A stretch of 64,000 nt of DNA from Minisyncoccia bacterium (lineage in GTDB: Bacteria; Patescibacteriota; Minisyncoccia; Phycocordibacterales; UBA9973). The DNA lies in NCBI GenBank assembly GCA_041737125.1, contig JBGSSJ010000010.1, forward strand, positions 22,354 through 86,353. Direction: 5' to 3'. The notes beneath the pieces were generated by a model that saw only the letters and a list, made by a program, of their open reading frames with translations, ran no database searches and was not told where the DNA came from. Position 1 is the first letter of the stretch. Every line of letters begins with the position of its first letter. The position numbers and the translations under genes are program-made. Of this stretch, positions 47,299 to 54,864 are shown piece after piece.

Positions 47299-49020
47299 CT
47301 ATAGGACTTCTTGCTGATAACAGTGTTCACAGTATACCCTCTCCGGCCTGTCTGGAACATAACTTGTTTCAAATTTATTATTACACCCTTCTTTCATACA
47401 ATTCCTCTGCCAAAGTTTAGCAGGTAAAATTTTAGCAAATCGTTCGTAGTGTCTGCAGTTTGAACATTTGGTAGGGAGTGGAATATTGTTTTTCTTATAA
47501 AAATCAAATTCATCTTTTGTAATTTTAAAGGCGATCGTGCACCTATGGTCGCACTTTCCTTCATGTTCACAACCTAGGACCTCTTTTAATATAGATTCAT
47601 CCACATCATTTATATGATCAGGTATACTATTTGAATTTATTGTTATGTGGAAATCTTTACTTTCGTGGTCTTTCCATTTGTAACCCTTTCTAATTGCTTC
47701 CTCTTTAGTTATCGGCATTAAATCATAAGCTGGTGTTTCGTTATAAGCTAAAGCAGAAATTTCAATAGGGAAAAATTCACCATACTTATATTCGCATCCC
47801 GCTTTATCATAATAAGGATCTGTGTTCATTTGATTTACTATATCAGCCCGAATTTTATTAAAATCTTCTTTTGAGTAAACTTTGTTTAAAATAGAATATT
47901 CTTTATTACGTAAACCAATGCATCCAAAAATATTGGAACAAGAAATACAAGAATCAGTATATTCTGCATTCTGAACATTACCCATGGCAGCATAAGAAAA
48001 TTTCACATTATAATCATCTTTTGCTCCAGTACTATATTCATACATGAGTTCTGATTTGCCAGCATAATCTGTGTCCATATTATCTTTAAATAAGAAAGCT
48101 CTGTAACAATTTTTCCCATTTTCTGCGTCATGAATATCAAAACAATTTTTACAATTATTCACGTTGGACAAATTATTGCCCGTTGAGTCCACTGATCTGA
48201 AAATATTTGCAAATCTATGTATGGCATTTTGTTTCATTCCTTCAAATTCCTCTATAATTCCTTTTCGAAAGTTCCTACTACCAAAATCAAACTTCTTCAG
48301 TTCTTTCAAATAATCTTCTTTTGTGTATTGAACATTAAAAATACAATATTCTTTGTTGCGTAAATTTGTGCATAAAATACAATTTGAACAATTTGCGCAA
48401 TCAAATAAAAAATATGAGTCAATGCAATTTCGTGACAAAACTAAATGCTGAGAATTATAGTTCTTCTCCCCTTCTACAACTTCATAACATCTATCACAAT
48501 CCACTAAATTATATGAATCAAATATATTAAAACAAGAATCTATGCCTTTTGAATAGAAAACATTTTCTGAACCTAATACTACTGATACTGATAGATAAAC
48601 ATTTTTACACTCTCCAACCATATTCGAATAATCTGAATCCGTCACGTTTCTTTGAAATAAGGCTAGGTGTGGAACTTTACTCTGTAACTCTTTAAATTGA
48701 TGAAAGAATGATTTACTAAAATCATAATCTACACCATGAGTAGAACCGTCCCACTTATCAGAATACCAACATTCTCTACAATATACAGGAAAAGGTGAAT
48801 CTGCCCCATACATTGCAATAATATTACTATTACATAGATCACAGACTCTTTTATATAAACCTCTTTCATTTCGCCACACCATTCGTCTAATACGCCTGCA
48901 ATCCGGGCAGAATGTAGGTGGTGGAACTTTTATCTTCTCATAGAAAGAAAAGTCTTCTGGTTCTATAGTGAAGTCCCTTTTACAATTCTGGCATGTTCGG
49001 TTTTCTGTTTGATGTTCCAT
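47299..49020 (-). CDS. Cysteine-rich zinc-ribbon-capped repeat protein, paralog B3
   Basis: Start set at MEHQTENRTCQNCKRDFTIEPEDFSFYEKIKVPPPTFCPDCR (49020); ends YVPDRPERVYCEHCYQQEVL. Confidence 0.85.
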   Translation of the reverse strand: MEHQTENRTCQNCKRDFTIEPEDFSFYEKIKVPPPTFCPDCRRIRRMVWRNERGLYKRVCDLCNSNIIAMYGADSPFPVYCRECWYSDKWDGSTHGVDYDFSKSFFHQFKELQSKVPHLALFQRNVTDSDYSNMVGECKNVYLSVSVVLGSENVFYSKGIDSCFNIFDSYNLVDCDRCYEVVEGEKNYNSQHLVLSRNCIDSYFLFDCANCSNCILCTNLRNKEYCIFNVQYTKEDYLKELKKFDFGSRNFRKGIIEEFEGMKQNAIHRFANIFRSVDSTGNNLSNVNNCKNCFDIHDAENGKNCYRAFLFKDNMDTDYAGKSELMYEYSTGAKDDYNVKFSYAAMGNVQNAEYTDSCISCSNIFGCIGLRNKEYSILNKVYSKEDFNKIRADIVNQMNTDPYYDKAGCEYKYGEFFPIEISALAYNETPAYDLMPITKEEAIRKGYKWKDHESKDFHITINSNSIPDHINDVDESILKEVLGCEHEGKCDHRCTIAFKITKDEFDFYKKNNIPLPTKCSNCRHYERFAKILPAKLWQRNCMKEGCNNKFETSYVPDRPERVYCEHCYQQEVL

Positions 49021-49031
49021 TCGTAATTGTT

Positions 49032-50702
49032 TTATATAACCTGTTGCTGATAACACTTCTCGCAATAAACTATTTCTTTCCTTTCTGGTGAATAATTAGT
49101 CTTTATATCTTTACTACAGAAATCACATTTCCTGTCCCAGAATTTGTATGGTCCACGACGACGAACTCGATCTCTATGACGACAGTAGAAGCAGGCTCTT
49201 GGTATTGGTAAATGCATCTTCTTGTAGAAGAGTAATTCCTGCTCTGTGATTTTATAATTCCTCTCGCAATTTATGCAAGCGAGTATTTCCTTTGTAATAC
49301 TATCTGGCACATCAGCAATATGATCTGGGATATCTTCTGTTTTTAATGTCTCCTTCCCTTTTGTAACCTGTACATCATCCTCCCATCTGTAACCTTGGGC
49401 TACGGCTTCCTCTTTTGTCAAAGGAAAGTTATCTTGAGCTATTGTTTCATTATATGCAAACGGTGCAATAGACGGAGGCATCATAAGGCCATATAAATTT
49501 TGGGATTTTAATTCCTCTACAATATGCTCTTTTAGTCTTTCATATTCTTCTTTTAAGTATTCTTTGTTCAGAATTGCATATTTGGCATTCTTGATAGCAT
49601 CACAACCTATAGTGCTAGTATTATACTTAACATCAAATCCATAAACTACGTCCTGGGAATTCTCAGCCCAAAATGAACCGATTATATTACTAGAGTATCC
49701 GGTGGCGACGACTTCAAGTAAATTTTCTCCATTAGTACCATAACCTATTGTACCTAAAGAATCTTTTATAACTTTAGATGAAAATAGATATCTACAATTC
49801 TCTGCTTTTGAAACTTCAAATGAATCTTTAACTGATTTACATTCATAAAGATAGTCACCCTCTGAGTCCACCGCCTTTATATTATTATTTTCTCTATGAG
49901 GGTGTTGTAAGCAGAAATATTCAAAAATTTTAATCATTTCTTCTTTTTTAGAATAACTACCAGTATAATCTTCTAACCTATTGGAATATTCCTCGGGAGT
50001 AAGTTGCTCGTTGAACCAACAATTACTTTTATTCCTCAAATTCACACAACCGAAACAATTAGTGAGTCCACTACCATTTAGAATGAAGTGTGAATCAACA
50101 CAACTTATAATATTTTTACTATAAGTGACACCTGATGACTTCTGAATATTTACACTATCGTAACAATTTTCTATGTCGACACCGAAATAAATATCAGAAG
50201 AAAATTTACCATTTTTTATCCCTCGAGAATACAGCAGTTCCTCTGCTGGACTTGTATTGAAAACTAGGTAACAATTTTTACAACCTCCTGCCATATTTAC
50301 ATATTCGCTATTTATATTCTGACCTTCAGCTGAAGATATGCCCAAACAATTCTTTGGTACTTTTCTTAATAGCTCCCCCATTTGCTCGACAAAAGGTTTA
50401 TTAGGGTCGTAGTCAATAGCATAATCTTTAGCATCCCATTTATCAGAATAGAAACATTCATAACAAAAAACTACATAGGGAGATTTTGGGTTATAAATAG
50501 ATATTATATTTTTCTGGCACATATCACACTTGCGCCCCGAATAAAGAGTCATTTCATTCCTCCACATTGCCCTAATTTTAAACCTGCAGTCGGGGCACAC
50601 ATGTGGCGCTGGAACTTTCATCTTCTCATAGAAAGAGAAGTCATCGGCTTCGATAATGAAATTAATCTTGCAGTTCTGGCAGCTCCTTGTCTCCAAATTC
50701 AT
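49032..50702 (-). CDS. Cysteine-rich zinc-ribbon-capped repeat protein, paralog B4 (most divergent)
   Basis: 556 aa; MNLETRSCQNCKINFIIEADDFSFYEKMKVPAPHVCPDCR ... YSPERKEIVYCEKCYQQQVI. Confidence 0.85.
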   Translation of the reverse strand: MNLETRSCQNCKINFIIEADDFSFYEKMKVPAPHVCPDCRFKIRAMWRNEMTLYSGRKCDMCQKNIISIYNPKSPYVVFCYECFYSDKWDAKDYAIDYDPNKPFVEQMGELLRKVPKNCLGISSAEGQNINSEYVNMAGGCKNCYLVFNTSPAEELLYSRGIKNGKFSSDIYFGVDIENCYDSVNIQKSSGVTYSKNIISCVDSHFILNGSGLTNCFGCVNLRNKSNCWFNEQLTPEEYSNRLEDYTGSYSKKEEMIKIFEYFCLQHPHRENNNIKAVDSEGDYLYECKSVKDSFEVSKAENCRYLFSSKVIKDSLGTIGYGTNGENLLEVVATGYSSNIIGSFWAENSQDVVYGFDVKYNTSTIGCDAIKNAKYAILNKEYLKEEYERLKEHIVEELKSQNLYGLMMPPSIAPFAYNETIAQDNFPLTKEEAVAQGYRWEDDVQVTKGKETLKTEDIPDHIADVPDSITKEILACINCERNYKITEQELLFYKKMHLPIPRACFYCRHRDRVRRRGPYKFWDRKCDFCSKDIKTNYSPERKEIVYCEKCYQQQVI

Positions 50703-50756
50703 ATATAAATAGTATATCTTATGTACCTATAAGCAACAAATACTCTGTTTAATGGG

Positions 50757-51395
50757 TTAAACCTCATTCTTCCAAGCCTTATATGATACATATATAAATA
50801 TAAAAGATAGACTCATGAAGACAAAGGCATCTGTATTCTCTATTGGTTTTACGAATACACTCACAGCCTTGTTCAATAAGAATAGTGGGTTATGGAATAA
50901 ATCCCAGCTATTAAACCGTAAGAATCTGCCAAGATACAAACCGAAGGAAACCAAAAGCATGATTATAGCTAGAATATATTCTTTCCTCCTCCATCCGTAT
51001 TTGGCTTTGAAAATTTTCTCCATATGTGAAACTGAGTAGAAGAAGAGCAACATCGAAACGTAAGCAGAAGTGAATAACAAGAAAGTATCATAGAGAACTG
51101 GCACAGTACGATTATGACCTAGATGTATGAGGTCAGTAACTATATAAGGAGCATTCGGCAAGAATAGCAGCCATACTATACCTCCTATAATAAACATACT
51201 CTTCGTAAGTTTATTCTTATTAAAAGAAAAAAGCAGGAAGTAACTAATAAAGAAAGGTATTAGTGCTAAGAATATATTCCAGAATAAAAATAGGAAATAT
51301 TTAGAATCAAATAAAAAGTACCGTACAATATTGAAGAATACAGCGAGTATGAGCAATATTAATATTTGTTTTGGAAGGATAAATCTATTTAACAT
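50757..51395 (-). CDS. Integral membrane protein, unknown function (DUF1361-like)
   Basis: 212 aa, 6-7 TM; ...PNAPYIVTDLIHL... motif. Confidence 0.5.
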   Translation of the reverse strand: MLNRFILPKQILILLILAVFFNIVRYFLFDSKYFLFLFWNIFLALIPFFISYFLLFSFNKNKLTKSMFIIGGIVWLLFLPNAPYIVTDLIHLGHNRTVPVLYDTFLLFTSAYVSMLLFFYSVSHMEKIFKAKYGWRRKEYILAIIMLLVSFGLYLGRFLRFNSWDLFHNPLFLLNKAVSVFVKPIENTDAFVFMSLSFIFIYVSYKAWKNEV

Positions 51396-51398
51396 AAT

Positions 51399-51803
51399 TT
51401 ATGAAGAAGCGAGTACGGATGTACAGAAAGGGCAGCGCTTCGCTTCTATCTGTACCTCACTTAGGCACTCGGTGCACTTCTTCGTAGTTGGATCAAGTGG
51501 AGCTTCAGTCTTCGAATGAGATATTAGTAAATTCATCGGTTTGACGACGAAGAAGTATATAACCACAGCGACGATAAGGAACGATATTAGTGAGTTTAAG
51601 AAATTACCATACATGAAATGGCTGCCATTGATAGTGAACATCAAGTTAGAGAAATCTGGCGACTTTATAATTGCACTAATAAGTGGAGTGATAACGTTCT
51701 GCACTAGGGATGTGACTACCCCACTAAAAGATGCCCCTACTACGACACCGACAGCTAGATCTACTACATTGCCACGAAGTATAAATTGTTTGAAGCCTTT
51801 CAT
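51399..51803 (-). CDS. mscL: Large-conductance mechanosensitive channel MscL with C-terminal zinc-ribbon extension
   Basis: MKGFKQFILRGNVVDLAVGVVVGASF is the canonical MscL N-terminus; C-terminal KKCTECLSEVQIEAKRCPFCTS (CxxC-x10-CxxC). Confidence 0.85.
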   Translation of the reverse strand: MKGFKQFILRGNVVDLAVGVVVGASFSGVVTSLVQNVITPLISAIIKSPDFSNLMFTINGSHFMYGNFLNSLISFLIVAVVIYFFVVKPMNLLISHSKTEAPLDPTTKKCTECLSEVQIEAKRCPFCTSVLASS

Positions 51804-51911
51804 AAAGTAAAATTATAGGTGAATAATATAGAATTATACCAAGCATAGCGTATACTGACACCTTTGACATAAAGATATTTATAATGTATAGTATGTACAA
51901 ACTTACTCGCA

Positions 51912-52115
51912 ATGAAAAATGATAAAAGGTCCCCTATTGTAGGGACAAAAAGAAATATTAAATGGATACTTCGAAAATTAGGGATCTCTTTGGATGAAGT
52001 GCAACCTGAGACTTTTAAAAAAATTTTCTATGTGGAGAAAATTACTCCTCGTGGAAGTAAAATATATGGCACAAATGTACCATATGAAGAATTAGAAAAA
52101 AATTTAAAACCATAA
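51912..52115 (+). CDS. Hypothetical small basic protein (67 aa)
   Basis: Only plus-strand ORF in this intergenic gap; followed by a terminator; no recognisable motif. Confidence 0.3.
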   Translation: MKNDKRSPIVGTKRNIKWILRKLGISLDEVQPETFKKIFYVEKITPRGSKIYGTNVPYEELEKNLKP

Positions 52116-52142
52116 ACCCGCAGGAAAACCTTCGGGTTTTCT
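52112..52142. terminator. Hairpin terminator (AAACCCG...CGGGTTT with CCTTCGGG tetraloop-type core)
   Basis: Between the convergent small ORF and the P-type ATPase gene. Confidence 0.55.
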
Positions 52143-54778
52143 TATACCCTTTTAGCAAGTCGCAAGTGTGTGAGTAAAGCGTGTATATGATGCTTGTTGC
52201 GAAGTATGTACTTCGCCCCTTCGACAAGTAATACATTAAAAACTAACCATAGTCCCACTAGTGGAAGCGCCTTCATAGGAAGTGGTGCAAGCTCAAATAC
52301 TTTCCTCATAAATGGTGATGCCATAGTAAGGACAAGTATTACAACTGCCACAACTATACTCCAGTTTAATTTCCTATTTGAGAAAATAGAATAAGAGAAA
52401 AGAGAGTTATATAGACTTCTGAATGAGAATGCTATGACTAGTATGTATGAAGCAAAACATACGAAGAATATTGATCTGACTTGGCTCTCATCTGCTATAT
52501 ACTTCGAGAGGAAGTAATATAAGAAGAATAAGAAAACTGAACTAAGCACTCCTATACCGAACGTCAGCACCTTCACTTCGTTCGTAAATATCTGCTTTGA
52601 CTCATTTTTTAAATATTTCTTCCTTTCCATATTCTCATCGAAAGCAAAAGCAAGTGCAGGCAAGCTACCCGTAAATAAATTCACCCATATTATCTGAAGC
52701 GCGGTCAGAGGCAAAGCAAGGCCGATAATTAAACTACCTCCTATAACAAATACTACATCTAGTGAGTTCGACATTAGGTACACTACTGTCTTCCTGATGT
52801 TAGCAAGTATTCTATGACCTTCATCAATAGCCATACTTATAGTCTCGAAGTTATCATCAAGTAGCACCAGGTCTGCAGCGGACTTCGCTACATCACTACC
52901 TGAACCAAGGGAAATACCTATATCCATAGCTTTCAGTGCTGGGGCGTCATTCACTCCATCGCCAGTCATAGCCACAACTTCGCCCAAACTCTGGTAAAGT
53001 TTCCCTATTCGAAGCTTATCTTCTGGTGTAACTCGGGCGAAAATTTTCATCTTCGGAAGTATCGTAAGTAGTTCATCGTCAGATAGATCCTTCATCTCAC
53101 TACCAGATATAACTTCGTCAGGAGCTACTTCCCAGTTGATACTTTTTGCTACTGATATAGCTGTTCCTTTCAGGTCCCCTGTGACTAGTACCATACGAAT
53201 ACCGTGTGACTCTATACGTGCAATTGCATCGGGAACTTCTGGTCTTATCGGATCGAAGAATAGAAGCATGCCGAGGAATTCTAAATTATCCACATCAGAT
53301 ACTTCTATATTCTTTTCATTTTTCTTTGGAAATGTCGCAATAGCTATTAACCTCTTGCCACTTATACTAGTTTTCTCTATCCACTCTTCTATCTTTATAT
53401 ATTCTTCTTTCGACAAGTTCGCTTTCCTCAAAAGGATATCTGGGGCACCCATGACAATATATTCATCTCCACTTTTAGATACAGAGAATTTATTCGTGGA
53501 ATTGAAAGGTATAACCAAAGAAGATGAAGCGATAATCGGATCAAGAGATAGGTCGTGTTGGCGTGCAGCTTTCACTATGTTGACTTCGAATGGTTTACCG
53601 CGGAAGTTCCAATCAGCCATATCATCCTTCTGATTCTCTATAAGTACATCTACATTAGATAATGCAAGCTCAAGTATTTTCTTCTGTGCGTGCGAGAAAG
53701 TCTTCATGTCATCGTCTTTACCCAGGACTAGTCGCTCCTTCGTCTCTATCCCAACAAGTTGCATGTCAGCCATGGTAAGCGTACCCGTCTTATCAGTCAT
53801 GATAAGAGTAGTAGAACCTAGAGTCTCGGCTGCAGAGAGCTTCCTTATGACACCCTTTTTCTTCGCTATTCTTTCTGCTCCTATGGCAAGGATAACTGTG
53901 AGAGTAATAGGTAGTGCTTCAGGCACAGCTCCGACAGCCACAGCCGCAGAAAGTATAAGCATAGGGAAAAGTGGTTCACCTCTTGAAATACCTAATACGA
54001 ATATTCCTATAACGATAACAATAACAATAATGAAAACCATCCAAGCTAGATTATTCGTTCCTTTCTGAAGAGGCGTATGTACCCTGTCTGTAGCAGACAC
54101 AATCGATGCAATCTTCCCTATCTCAGTATCATCCCCAGTCGCAAAGACAACTGCTTGTGCATAGCCACCTACAACAAGAGTCCCTGCATGAGCTGTGTTT
54201 GTACGCTCAGCTACCATAGCATTCACTGGTAGTATATTCTTCTCATCTTTGGTGACAGGGATGGACTCACCTGTGAGTATAGCTTCATCGACTTGGAAAT
54301 TATTCGTAGATATTATGCGTGCATCGGCTGGTATGCGCATACCATAGACAAGCTTTATAATATCCCCTGGTACAAGCAAGACTGAGTCTATCTCCTCTTC
54401 TTTGCCATCTCGTATGACGCGTGCTCGGTCCTTGATATATGTCGTCAGCTTCTCGAGAGTATTCTCAGCATGGAATTCATGATAGAAACCAAGACCAACA
54501 TTGAGTAAGACGGCAAAGCCGATAACGATGGTGTTAATCCATTCGGAAAGGAAGCTAGTCAAAATAGCAGCGCCTATAAGTAGGAATATGAGCGGACTTA
54601 AAAATTGCTTAAGGAATAGGAGCAGAAACTTAGGCTTCTCCCTATTGTGAAAACTATTGTTACCGTATTCTATTAACCTCTTCTTCGACTCCTCCTCCGT
54701 TAGACCATTAATATTAGTGCTGAAACCTTCGAATAATTCTGTGTCTGTAACAGACCATGGTGATAATATCTTAGACAT
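52142..54778 (-). CDS. Cation-transporting P-type ATPase, P2-type (Ca2+/Mg2+-ATPase-like)
   Basis: DKTGTLT, TGDGVNDAPALKAMDIGIS, 10-TM architecture, N-terminal cation_ATPase_N (LTEEESKKRLIEYGNN); 878 aa. Confidence 0.9.
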   Translation of the reverse strand: MSKILSPWSVTDTELFEGFSTNINGLTEEESKKRLIEYGNNSFHNREKPKFLLLFLKQFLSPLIFLLIGAAILTSFLSEWINTIVIGFAVLLNVGLGFYHEFHAENTLEKLTTYIKDRARVIRDGKEEEIDSVLLVPGDIIKLVYGMRIPADARIISTNNFQVDEAILTGESIPVTKDEKNILPVNAMVAERTNTAHAGTLVVGGYAQAVVFATGDDTEIGKIASIVSATDRVHTPLQKGTNNLAWMVFIIVIVIVIGIFVLGISRGEPLFPMLILSAAVAVGAVPEALPITLTVILAIGAERIAKKKGVIRKLSAAETLGSTTLIMTDKTGTLTMADMQLVGIETKERLVLGKDDDMKTFSHAQKKILELALSNVDVLIENQKDDMADWNFRGKPFEVNIVKAARQHDLSLDPIIASSSLVIPFNSTNKFSVSKSGDEYIVMGAPDILLRKANLSKEEYIKIEEWIEKTSISGKRLIAIATFPKKNEKNIEVSDVDNLEFLGMLLFFDPIRPEVPDAIARIESHGIRMVLVTGDLKGTAISVAKSINWEVAPDEVISGSEMKDLSDDELLTILPKMKIFARVTPEDKLRIGKLYQSLGEVVAMTGDGVNDAPALKAMDIGISLGSGSDVAKSAADLVLLDDNFETISMAIDEGHRILANIRKTVVYLMSNSLDVVFVIGGSLIIGLALPLTALQIIWVNLFTGSLPALAFAFDENMERKKYLKNESKQIFTNEVKVLTFGIGVLSSVFLFFLYYFLSKYIADESQVRSIFFVCFASYILVIAFSFRSLYNSLFSYSIFSNRKLNWSIVVAVVILVLTMASPFMRKVFELAPLPMKALPLVGLWLVFNVLLVEGAKYILRNKHHIHALLTHLRLAKRV

Positions 54779-54864
54779 GGAAACATTTTAGCATAAAATA
54801 TTCATTTTATTGGATAAACCGCAGTTTTAAGTTATACTTTCATTATAAACACTTTCCTTTATTT

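Noticed and set aside
31050-50702. Possibility that the regularly spaced repeated DNA of the cysteine-rich gene ends represents a CRISPR array or insertion-sequence repeats
   Set aside because: The repeat period is ~1.75 kb, not 60-80 bp. The repeats are coding, forming the conserved protein termini. There are no short direct repeats with unique spacers and no transposase.
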